From Octopus bimaculoides (Eukaryota): a DNA stretch of 35,349 bases. The DNA lies in the NCBI RefSeq assembly GCF_001194135.2, contig NC_068981.1, positions 8,411,592 through 8,446,940 on the forward strand, written 5' to 3'. This document shows positions 10,688 through 21,699 of this stretch, in pieces; the first letter of the stretch is position 1, and every line of letters begins with the position of its first letter. The translations under genes and the position numbers were made by a program. The notes under the pieces were generated by a model. The model did no database searches and was not told where the DNA came from. It saw only the letters and a list, made by a program, of their open reading frames with translations.

Positions 10688-10940
10688 TTGGGTTGGTGCA
10701 TAAGTATTGCAGCTTTTTGTGTCAACAAATTTCATTCAACAAAAACAATAACAACATGTAACAAAAACATCTTTAAATGATTATTCTGGAGCATATTTAC
10801 CATAAACTTCAATTACTGCTTTCCATTTGCTTGGCAGACGGTCAGACCACCATTTAAAGATGTTTTTGTTAAATATTGTTATTGTTTTTGTTGAATAAAA
10901 TTTATTGAAAAAAAGCTGCAATAATTATGCACCAACCCAA
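10688..10940. mobile_element. Mariner-derived MITE with about 90-bp TIRs and TA target duplication
   Basis: TA|ttgggttggtgcataa...ttatgcaccaacccaa|TA; arms 10688-10779 and 10851-10940; internal minus frame DRLPSKWKAVIEVYGKYAPE* resembles a mariner transposase C-terminus. Confidence 0.9.
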
Positions 10941-11071
10941 TATTATGTGGTAATGCTTCAACAAATAGAAAAGCACTTGATCAGCTAAGACAGTAATCTT
11001 ATAATTAAAAAAAAAATAGAAGATTTGTGTTTTTTTTTATTATTTTAAGTTTATATATATGTATGTGTATA

Positions 11072-12413
11072 CAGGGTGTGTAAGATATTTGAGGACAGAT
11101 TTATGTTTATGAAAAACAAATATATAATAACAGATAATAACTTTATTTATCAAAAAATATTATGAGGATAAAAACCTACCTTCTTTTCTATAATGTTATT
11201 CAATGAAGCCACCTTCAGCTTCAACAATTGCTTCTATATGAGCTCTAAATCATCTACATGCTCAAATCAAGTGGTCCCTGGTTAATTTTGGACATTACTC
11301 TTACTATAGCAGCTTTCAAAGAATCTTTGGTATTATGGGCATGTTCATTGACTTCTCTCTCAACAACGCTCCACATGTAATAGTTCAATGGATTGAGATC
11401 TGGGAAATTAGGAGGCCAAATGTTAGGGGTTATGTGATCACGAAAATTTTCTGCCATCCATTCCTGTGTTACTAGAGCCATGTGTGATAGTGCANNNNNN
11501 NNNNTGTTAGGGGTTATGTGATCACGAAAATTTTCTGCCATCCATTCCTGTGTTACTAGAGCCATGTGTGATAGTGCAGAGTCTTACTGAAGCACATATG
11601 GCCTTCCATTGCATACACTGTCTATCCAGGGCTTAACAATTATTTTTGGGACCTCAATGTAGGCAGCAGAGTTAATTCTAAGGCCTTGTGGAAAGAAGTA
11701 AGGAGGCATCACATGTTCTTCATTGTTGACAACCTTTAAAACCATGACAGTTGTAGGAAATTTTGTATGCATAACACTTGGAACTTCAGAAGGGTCTGCA
11801 CATAACCATCTGTCATTTCTTCTGTTAACCTTTTCATCTTGGTCAAAATTTTTCTGTTTTGAGAAAAACCAAATTAAATCTACTAGATTTTTCAGTTTGT
11901 TTAAGAGCTTTATAGATCTGATGTAGTGATTTTCTTTTGCTTTTTCTGGCAAATTGACCTTTCCTCATCATATAAGACTTATATCTGATGTCTTCGTGGA
12001 TAACATTTCTGACTGTTCCTTCTGACACATGGAGATCTTTTGCAATTGACCTCATGGATTTTCTGGGATTGTAATCAATGGTCTATTGGACTTGGTGGAT
12101 AAATTCAGGTGCTCTGATGATTTCAGAGCATTTAGAATGCTTTTTATGCTTTGATACTGGTGATACATTTCCATCTTCAATCTCTAACTCCTTACAAACT
12201 TTGTAGACGAAAGATCTGGCAACTTTTAAAAATCGAGATATTTCTAAATCGCTATGCTCAGCCATTATAACCACAATAACAGCTTGTCTCTTCATTTCTT
12301 GAGTAAGCTGAGGGTCTGCCATTATTATTTTCTGAAACAAAGATTATACAGAATTAGCCAAAAATGCAGCAATGACCAAAAAAGGTATGTCCTAAAATAC
12401 CTTAAGCACCCTC
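11072..12413 (-). mobile_element. Near-full-length DD37D (maT/Bmmar1-type) Tc1/mariner transposon, inactive
   Basis: TA|cagggtgtgtaagatatttgaggaca ... tgtcctaaaataccttaagcaccctc|TA degenerate TIRs; transposase pieces KFPTTVMV, PPYFFPQGLRIN..Y, D-SALSH...WPPNFPDLNPL-N with 37 residues between the second and third catalytic positions; frameshifts and stops. Confidence 0.92.
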
Positions 12414-12924
12414 TATGTATAATTTAGTTATTGCAGTTTACCATTAAAACTGATACAATGTATAATGGTTTATATGTTTCTTTGTTGTAGTTTTATTAAA
12501 GTTAGTGGTTAATCCTGTCTAGAAATTGATTGATTGGAATAATGAGGTTATTAAGCTTTTGCTTTTATATTACACTACAGAAGACTGTAGGGATTATTAT
12601 GTTTGTATGACTTAATAGAGTTGTCACTGTTTAGTTATGTATTTAGGAGTTGGTTGTAATTTACTTATTGGAATTTATTTATCAATACGGTTGTACATAG
12701 GGCAAATGTGTTTGAAAGTTGTGGTTTCTTTGGTTTGTTTGCTCCCAAACAACACTTATTTTAGTGCTGTTGACACCACTGGATTGAATGGTACTGCCCA
12801 AGGTGTCGAAACCATAATGATACCTGTGGGGCAGCTGATGATGGAGGTATGTTGGATTGTTGGTATGGCTGTTTTTGCCTATGTGGATTAGTATTATTGG
12901 ATTGTTGGTATGGCTGTGGAATAG

Positions 12925-12925
<1 letters not shown>

Positions 12926-12993
<68 letters not shown>

Positions 12994-13000
12994 TATACAT
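12926..13000. repeat. (CA)n microsatellite
   Basis: Seen directly. Confidence 0.95.
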
Positions 13001-13005
13001 ATAAA

Positions 13006-13100
13006 TCCCAAATTAGGGAATGGAGCAGCTAAAATCCAGGCTACATATGTTTTGTTGCAAGGAAACGTTGATTTTAGCTGCTCCATTCCCTAATTTGGGA
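13006..13100. repeat. Perfect 31-bp inverted repeat with 33-nt spacer
   Basis: tcccaaattagggaatggagcagctaaaatc (13006-13036) is the exact reverse complement of 13070-13100. Confidence 0.95.
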
Positions 13101-13329
13101 CTTTTTTTCACATTCACAGCAACCCCAGTTGCAAACCATGAACTATAAGAATAACTTGTTCCACTTTATTGAACTTTGATACGAGGAAAATTTCCTATCT
13201 TCTACGTCAATAAACCATTATTGTTCTTGAAAGTTGTTTTTTTTATCCCTTCTACAGACTGCCTGAAGCTTACTAATTTCCTACACCTTGATCCTTGGAT
13301 CTTACCTTTACATATTATATATATGTATG

Positions 13330-13365
<36 letters not shown>

Positions 13366-13371
13366 TAGATT

Positions 13372-13421
13372 TAACAAAACTGTCCGATGAATGGGAAACT
13401 CTGAGTAACAGCTTTTTGTTA
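13372..13421 (+). ncRNA. Minimal type I hammerhead-ribozyme-like motif (degenerate)
   Basis: taacaaaactgt-CCGATGA-atgg-GAAA-ctc-t-gag-TA-acagctttttgtta: stem I pairs, stem III is palindromic (actc-t-gagt), core has a U4C change and stem II is essentially absent. Confidence 0.4.
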
Positions 13422-13708
13422 TATTTCTGTTGCTTTTAAATAAAGTATATATATATATATATAAAATATATAGTTTAATTAGAGCTTGTTATTAACAATA
13501 ACTCACATTAATACAGAAGGAAAGTGTAGTGCTCATTGTGAGCGATATTCGAAATAACATTATTATGGAGGCAACACAGGCGAAGTCTAACAGAACATAA
13601 GTGAAATACACATCCAAAACTTATATAAATACATATATTCTCTATAAAATGGAAATAAAATTCCAAAATACACAAATATATATAAATAGACAATATCAAT
13701 GCAAAGCA

Positions 13709-13867
13709 TAAAATACGATTGAGTTTAAATAAAAACGATTGAATTTAAATAAAAACGATTGAATTTAAATAAAAACGATTGAATTTAAATAAAAACGATT
13801 GAACTTAAATAAAAATGATTGAATTCAAATAAAAGCGATTGAATTTAAATAAAAATGATTGAATTTA
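13709..13867. repeat. 20-bp AT-rich minisatellite, about 8 copies
   Basis: Unit aaataaaaacgattgaattt with scattered substitutions. Confidence 0.95.
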
Positions 13868-14059
13868 AGAAAATATCATTTGTAATTACATTTAAAATTG
13901 TACATTATATGCGGAAATTAAAAATTTAACTTAAAAGGATTAAGTATTAAAAACATATTAAAAACCAACGAAAGAAAAGCAAAAAATATATAGACATCAC
14001 ATCTACGGGCTGTTTCAGAGATGTGCCAAGGAATATGACATATTTCATATTACAAATCA

Positions 14060-14830
14060 GGGCACTCCCCTCATCAGGGTGTTAAGTGCATAAATACGTC
14101 TACATACCAGGGTCGGTCCACCATCAGCAGCAATGTAAAATATTATCCTCCAAATAGAGAAGGACTGGGCCGAGGTATCGAGCAGGGTGACCCATATTGC
14201 CAAGACCTGGTCTTGGCGGTGGCTATCCCTGAAAGGAAGGGCGGAGGTAGCCAATGTGTTCGTCGCATCGGTCATCACCTACCGCCTAACCGTCATTCCT
14301 TGCCCTGATTCGTGGTTGATCAAGCTGGAAAGACAGCTCTTCCACTCTTTGTGGAAGGGCTCGAAACCGCTTGTGAGATGCTCTATTTGCTGCCAACAAC
14401 CATTAAAGGCTGGGCTAGGGATGCCTTGGCTGTTGATGCACAGACATGCACTGAGGTTGAGGCATCTGTGGCTCCACCTGGATGGTGAACAGGTGTGGTC
14501 TCCGCTGGTGAAATGGAATCCTGGTTCTATCAAAGATCGAAGTTGGGCACACGGTTTACGGAGTGTTGCAAGGCTCTCCTGCTATTCCGTCACTTGGGCA
14601 GAGGAGGTTTCACCGCATTCTTTTATAGAGGGCTTGTAGAGGCAGAATGTGATGACCCCTTAGGGGAAACCCTAGGGGTCAACGATAATCAGCTGGCCAG
14701 TCTATTCGGACGTACATTCGGGCCGAAGACCCTGGACAACTTTCAGAAGTCTCTGGCATGGCAGTGTTACAGAGGAGCCTTACCTGTTCGGGACAAGCTC
14801 ACAAGGCATGGTGGCTGTGGTCCTTCGACT
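14060..14830 (+). mobile_element. Tx1/L1-clade LINE ORF2 fragment (post-RT region to start of zf-RVT)
   Basis: WSWRWLSLKGRAEVANVFVASVITYRLTVIPCP...FHSLWKG...CQQPLKAGLGMP and FQKSLAWQCYRGALPVRDKLTRHG; frameshifted and truncated at both ends. Confidence 0.85.
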
Positions 14831-15000
14831 TAAGGGCATCTCTTCTTTGTTCCTGATTAAAAATAGATTTATCTTTCATCCCAGTTACCCTCTATTGACA
14901 TTTGAAATGGATAACCAAAAATGTCATGTTTGCATTGTAATGCATTTCTTTTTTTTAAAAAGGAGAAAATGCTGCAAAGACTTGAAAAACTATTTGTGAA

Positions 15001-15649
15001 NNNNNNNNNNNNNNNNNNNNNNNNNNNNNNNNNNNNNNNNNNNNNNNNNNNNNNNNNNNNNNNNNNNNNNNNNNNNNNNNNNNNNNNNNNNNNNNNNNNN
15101 NNNNNNNNNNNNNNNNNNNNNNNNNNNNNNNNNNNNNNNNNNNNNNNNNNNNNNNNNNNNNNNNNNNNNNNNNNNNNNNNNNNNNNNNNNNNNNNNNNNN
15201 NNNNNNNNNNNNNNNNNNNNNNNNNNNNNNNNNNNNNNNNNNNNNNNNNNNNNNNNNNNNNNNNNNNNNNNNNNNNNNNNNNNNNNNNNNNNNNNNNNNN
15301 NNNNNNNNNNNNNNNNNNNNNNNNNNNNNNNNNNNNNNNNNNNNNNNNNNNNNNNNNNNNNNNNNNNNNNNNNNNNNNNNNNNNNNNNNNNNNNNNNNNN
15401 NNNNNNNNNNNNNNNNNNNNNNNNNNNNNNNNNNNNNNNNNNNNNNNNNNNNNNNNNNNNNNNNNNNNNNNNNNNNNNNNNNNNNNNNNNNNNNNNNNNN
15501 NNNNNNNNNNNNNNNNNNNNNNNNNNNNNNNNNNNNNNNNNNNNNNNNNNNNNNNNNNNNNNNNNNNNNNNNNNNNNNNNNNNNNNNNNNNNNNNNNNNN
15601 NNNNNNNNNNNNNNNNNNNNNNNNNNNNNNNNNNNNNNNNNNNNNNNNN
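15001..15649. other. Assembly gap
   Basis: N run. Other gaps at 2833-2852, 9685-9694, 11495-11504, 18361-18460, 20033-20514, 26940-26949 and 31515-32162. Confidence 1.
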
Positions 15650-16810
15650 TGATTTAGATCTTGATTTGGTTTTGATTTCGATTTTCATTTTACTTGACTC
15701 AAAAGGTCTTCTCAAGCACGGCATGCCGCCCGATGATTCAAGGGTACTTTTAAATGAGCTGGTTATGCGACACTGGTATAGGCTACGGCTGTGATCTCAC
15801 TTTATTTGCCGGGTCTTCTCAATCACAGCCTATCTCCAGAGTTCTCAGTCTCTTGTCATTGCCTCTGTGAGGCCCAACATTCAAAGGTCATGCTTCACCA
15901 CCTCATCCCATGTCTTCCTGGGTCTCCCTCTTCCACAGGTTCCTTCCACTGTTAGGGTGTGACACTTCTTCACACAGCTCTCCTCATCCATACACAGCAC
16001 ATGACCACACCAGTGCAGTTGTCTCTCTTGCACACCACATCTGATGCTTCTTATGTCCAGCATTTCCCTCAGGGCACTTACACTCTGTCATATGTGCTCA
16101 CTGACATTACACATCCAATGGCTCATACTAGCTTCATTTCTTTCAAGCCTACACATGTCCTCAACAGTCATGGCCCATGTTTCACTGCCGTGCAGCATGT
16201 CTGTTCGCACACATGCATCATACAATCTACCTTTCACTCTGAGTGATAGGACCTTTGTCACCAGTAGAGGTAGGAGCTTTCTGAATTTTGCCCAGGCTAT
16301 TCTTATTCTAGTGGCAATGCTCTCAGAGCATCCACCCCTGCTACTGACTTGGTCACCTAGGTAACTGAAGCTATCAACTACTTCTAGTTTCTCCCCCTGG
16401 CATGTGATGGAATCTGTTTTCTGAGCATCTGCAGTGTTTATTGCCCCTGTGCATCTGCCTCACACAAAAATTATCATCCCAGTTAACCTTCCTTTGATAT
16501 TGCTGCACTTCTTATGTGTCCATAGCTTACACTGGGTACATCTTATTGAGCTTCTACCTATACTTTTTCTACAGATCAAGTAGGACCATCTACCTGAAGG
16601 GGTTTGTGATTTGTCTACCTTCCAACTTACTAGGACTTTGGTTTTTGCTACAATTCTAGATCTTGCTTCCACACTTGAAATTTCTAATCTAGTTCTGGGA
16701 GTGACTCAGCTATTATAGCAAGGTCATCAGCATAGAGAAGCTCCCAGGGGCATCCTGTCTTGAATTCCTCTGTTATTGCCTGGAGGACTATGATGAATAA
16801 CATGACATCT
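15650..16810 (-). mobile_element. 5'-truncated RTE-clade LINE (RT from YADD to 3' UTR)
   Basis: LFIIVLQAITEEFKTGCPWELLYADDL (YADD at 16723-16734), FSYLGDQV..GGCSES, LHGSETW, and WCGHVLCM...GRGRPRKTWDEVVKHDL; an aaatc-like tail runs into the gap. Confidence 0.92.
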
Positions 16811-16839
16811 ATCCAGAATTCTTCACTACAATGAGCTTC

Positions 16840-17012
16840 TTATATATATATATATACAATACGACAAACTTCTTTCATTTTCCATCTACCAAATTCACTC
16901 ACAAGTTTTTAGTCAGCCTGTGGCTATAGCTGAAGCTATAGTAGAAGACACCCAAGGTGCCACACAGTGGAACTGAACTTGGAACCATGTAGATGGGGAG
17001 CAGACATCTTAC
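16840..17012 (-). mobile_element. tRNA-derived SINE family D
   Basis: Reverse complement of the family seen at 24627-24790 (gtggctgtgtggtaag...ggttccaagttcagttccactgtgtggcaccttggg). Confidence 0.8.
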
Positions 17013-17224
17013 CACACAGCCACATATATAAATATTATAAATATACAAGTACATGCTATAAGGTATGTGTGCGTGTGTGTGTGTGTAGATATATATATGT
17101 TTATATCTTTATTGTATCTGTATGTGTGTCTATAATCACAGAAAAGAGTCACATGTGACATGATGTACATGACGTTATCATTGGTGGATGATTATTTTAA
17201 TGTAGATAATAATAAAGTGTAAGA

Positions 17225-17255
<31 letters not shown>

Positions 17256-17587
17256 CAACAATGATGACGACGACGATGATGACAACAACAATGACAATCA
17301 TAACAATGATGATGATGATGATCACTCTGATGACAACGACGACGACAATGACGGTGATGACGACGATGATGATGATGATGATGGCGAAGATTATGATGAT
17401 GATGATGACTTGTTATCAGGCATAAGAAACCACTATATACACAAGCGGATGTTTATATATATATCTGCGTATGTTTGTATATACGTATGCATGTGTGTAT
17501 ATGCATATACGTATACATATGTATGTGTTTATATACACATATGCATATGCACTTGAGCACATATATGTGTGCATGTGTGTATATATG

Positions 17588-17622
<35 letters not shown>

Positions 17623-18130
17623 GTATATATTTATATATATATGTGTGTGTGTGTGTGTGTTTATGTATATGTATATATGTATTCATATATATTAACATAT
17701 ATATGTGTGTGTGTGTATGTGGGTGTGTGTGTGTGTGTGTGCATATATACATATATATGTATGTATGTATATGAATGGGTATGTGTATACTTGTGTGTAT
17801 GTATATATCTATGTGTCTGTGCTTGTAAGAATATATATAAATGTCTGTGTGTCTGTCGTTGTATGTTTTCTTGGATTTATTTTTCTGAAATTTCTCCCCA
17901 ATGGAGAAAGAGTCAGTTTCTAACATAGATACAAGATTCCTTCATTGGAATTTACACAGAATCAAACATGTTGGTCTTGTGTGCGCATGTGCATGTATAA
18001 ATGTTTGTATGTATGTATACAAATACATGCGTAGTTATATATATATATATATATAATACAGATACGTGTGTGTTTGTGTATACATATATATATGTATATA
18101 TGTTTGTGTGTGCACATATATATATAAACA

Positions 18131-18164
<34 letters not shown>

Positions 18165-18873
18165 CATATACATATAACCCAAAGTAGCACAGAATCTGGT
18201 GTGTGTAATTCTTTAACATACTCAACCAAAAGTAATGAGTAATTCTTCATTTTAATCTAATTTTTATTATAACTTAAAATAAAAACAGACATTAACATAT
18301 ACATACATACAAATATATGTATATATTTATACATACATATGTGTATGTGTATATATATATNNNNNNNNNNNNNNNNNNNNNNNNNNNNNNNNNNNNNNNN
18401 NNNNNNNNNNNNNNNNNNNNNNNNNNNNNNNNNNNNNNNNNNNNNNNNNNNNNNNNNNNNATATGCTCCCAGTAGACAGCAGAAAATACTGTCAGACAGT
18501 CCAATCTATGTCAGGAGAGAAGCTGGTCCTTAAATGATGATGATGATGATGGTGATGATATGTGTATGCATGTGTATTTGTATGTCTGTGTGCTTGCGCA
18601 TGTACATGTATGTATGTGTGTATGTATCTGCAGTTATGTTTTTTGATATGTACTCATGCATTCATGTATGTTTGTGTGTGTGTCTGTAAGTATGCATGCA
18701 AATATGCATCTTCTATGTATGCATGTATGCACATATGTGTGTGTGTGTGTATATATATATTATCTAAAATGTATAGTATAGTATTAAGTATCCGTGTTTA
18801 TATACGCGCGCACACACACACACACACACACATATATATGTATATATGTACACACATATATATATACACACAC

Positions 18874-18943
<70 letters not shown>

Positions 18944-19158
18944 ATGCATATACATATATGCATGTATATATATACATATATGTATATATACATACATATA
19001 TGTATATATATACATACATATATGTATATATATATATATACATACATATGTATATATACATACATATGTGTATATATATATATATATACATATATGTATG
19101 TACATATATGTATATATATATACATATATATATACATATATGTATGTATGTAGATATA

Positions 19159-19252
<94 letters not shown>

Positions 19253-19335
19253 CATATATGCATATATTTATATGTATATATATGTGTGTGTTTGCGTGTG
19301 TGTATAGGTATGTATATATATATATATATATATAG
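17225..19335. repeat. Large compound microsatellite field: (GAT/GAC)n, (TA)n, (TG)n, (TATG)n with short unique islands and one gap
   Basis: Seen directly; source of many spurious YI/CV-rich ORFs. Confidence 0.9.
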
Positions 19336-19620
19336 TTTCATTGAATTTATCTTTGAATATGTCTTCCAAAGAGCTTTAATTCAGTAAGTCCTGAAATTAA
19401 GCAGCAGCGGCAATCTACCATCAACAAGTACAGAATGATGGCTGTTATGGTGGTGGTGGTGGTGGTGGTGGTAGTGTAGCCGATGGGATAGCAACAGCAG
19501 CAGCAGCGGTAATAAGACCTGTAATACTGCTAGTAACAACAGTCAGTAACAACAGCAGCAGCAGCAGCCAAAGTAGTAGCAAGGAATACTTTTAATAGGT
19601 TTGAAGAAGAATAAGAAGAA

Positions 19621-19975
19621 GGCGTGGCTATGCGTTACTGACGTCAGTAACACATGGCCTCACATGTGTCGTTGCATGTGTGCACATTTATTCGTTCTGC
19701 ACATGCCCAGTTGCAGCAAACGGGGTTTTCTTGCAGAAGACAGAATAAAAGAATGAAAGAATGAAGAAGAAGAAGAAGAATAAAATGAATATTCGAAACA
19801 ACAAGAACAACAAGAGAATTAGATACCCACAGCCCACTGTCAGTGCTACCCCTGCTATCATGCTGCACGTGAGCATGCATCTGCACTGATGCGTGTATAC
19901 CCAACAAAATTTAGGTACAGTCATAGGGGTTAATATGGTGCAGTCGCAGCTCAGTTGCAGCAACTGTTGATGGCT
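19621..19975. promoter_or_regulatory. Candidate cis-regulatory motif cluster (GC-box-like, palindromic CRE, E-boxes)
   Basis: ggcgtggc at 19621, perfect 18-bp palindrome gttacTGACGTCAgtaac at 19634-19651, several cacatg/cacgtg boxes and TGCA enrichment. Motif-only evidence. Confidence 0.25.
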
Positions 19976-20514
19976 TAAAATCATTGATGACAGAGATTCA
20001 TAAGTGAACTACAAACACACATGAATGCATACNNNNNNNNNNNNNNNNNNNNNNNNNNNNNNNNNNNNNNNNNNNNNNNNNNNNNNNNNNNNNNNNNNNN
20101 NNNNNNNNNNNNNNNNNNNNNNNNNNNNNNNNNNNNNNNNNNNNNNNNNNNNNNNNNNNNNNNNNNNNNNNNNNNNNNNNNNNNNNNNNNNNNNNNNNNN
20201 NNNNNNNNNNNNNNNNNNNNNNNNNNNNNNNNNNNNNNNNNNNNNNNNNNNNNNNNNNNNNNNNNNNNNNNNNNNNNNNNNNNNNNNNNNNNNNNNNNNN
20301 NNNNNNNNNNNNNNNNNNNNNNNNNNNNNNNNNNNNNNNNNNNNNNNNNNNNNNNNNNNNNNNNNNNNNNNNNNNNNNNNNNNNNNNNNNNNNNNNNNNN
20401 NNNNNNNNNNNNNNNNNNNNNNNNNNNNNNNNNNNNNNNNNNNNNNNNNNNNNNNNNNNNNNNNNNNNNNNNNNNNNNNNNNNNNNNNNNNNNNNNNNNN
20501 NNNNNNNNNNNNNN

Positions 20515-20832
20515 CATTCATAATACATATGTGCATATATATAGATATGTATATATACATACATGCATATGCACATGTATACATACATATCTATATATAA
20601 CAATCCATGTATATATACATGCATGCATACATACATACATACAAAAATACATATACGTAGATATGTGTATGTTTACATATGTGTGTATTTAAGAATATGT
20701 ATGTATGTTTGTGTGTATGTATATAGACCAACAGACAGACAAATGAAATGATAGATAAGTAGAGAGAGAGGGCTGGAAGGAGAGAGAGGGCTGGAAGGAG
20801 AGAGAGGGGAGAGGCAGACAGGCAGACAGACA

Positions 20833-20866
<34 letters not shown>

Positions 20867-20885
20867 TAGGCAGGCAGAGACATAG
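20515..20885. repeat. TA/TG, GA-rich and (CAGG)n simple repeats
   Basis: Seen directly. Confidence 0.9.
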
Positions 20886-20939
20886 ATGTAGAGAATTGTT
20901 GAAGTGAATGTGGAGAAAGCATGAAAGCCAGAAAGCAAT

Positions 20940-21600
20940 AAGGTGAGACTTTTTGACAGTCTGTGTAAAGAGACGTGGAGAAAGACAGCAGATGAGAGAT
21001 GAGATGTGAATGTGCAAGAGAGAGAGAGAGAGAAGAGTGCATTGGTGTAGGTATAGTTGGAATAGCAATGGTGATAGGGGTTGGGTAAAGAAGTAGCCAG
21101 AGACCAAGCGGAAGCAATCCGTGGAAGAGGAAGACCAAAGTGGGTAAAAGAGAGGAAGGTTAATGTCGATAGGGTGAAGCTCAGACATAGTCATAGAAGC
21201 ATAAAAGCTGAAAGTTAGTTTTGGTAAAGACTGGAGGAATGAGAAGCCAGATGAGAGATGACAGTTGGCAAAGAAAGATTGAGAAATAAGAAGTTTCCCA
21301 ATGTTGTACAAGATGAGGATGAGAGAGATGAGGTGCTCTGGATTGTAACTAGAGAGAATCAAGAGAGATCTTGGGAGAGAAGTGCAGACAGAATGATAAC
21401 CTCTCACAAATTCTTGGTAACATTAAAAAGAAAGAGATGTAGGAAAAGCTAAGAGAGACAGTTAAATGAAGGGTGCAAGGGAGAAAGTAGATCTTCGTAG
21501 GATAAACCTGACAGAGGAACCAGTCATTCAAATTGATGGAAGCATGATACAACATAGGAATATGAAGGCAGGGCAGGAAATATTCTTGGTCCATCAGAAA
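20940..21600 (-). mobile_element. Possible highly decayed CR1-type LINE (endonuclease-region) remnant
   Basis: Same purine-rich plus-strand composition as the CR1 at 28950-30072; only faint motif resemblance (LNDW..QVYPTKI versus L.DL.QLV..PTRI). Confidence 0.3.
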
Positions 21601-21699
21601 TTACCACTGAGATCCTCTGAGTATCTGGTGAAGATCCTGTGAGTATCATCTGGTATAGGAAGATGTCATACAAAATGACTGACGTTGCTGTATCATCAT

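Noticed and set aside
14921-15724. ORFs of 190-315 aa spanning N runs (also 19981-20692 and 31343-32290)
   Set aside because: Artefacts of assembly gaps.
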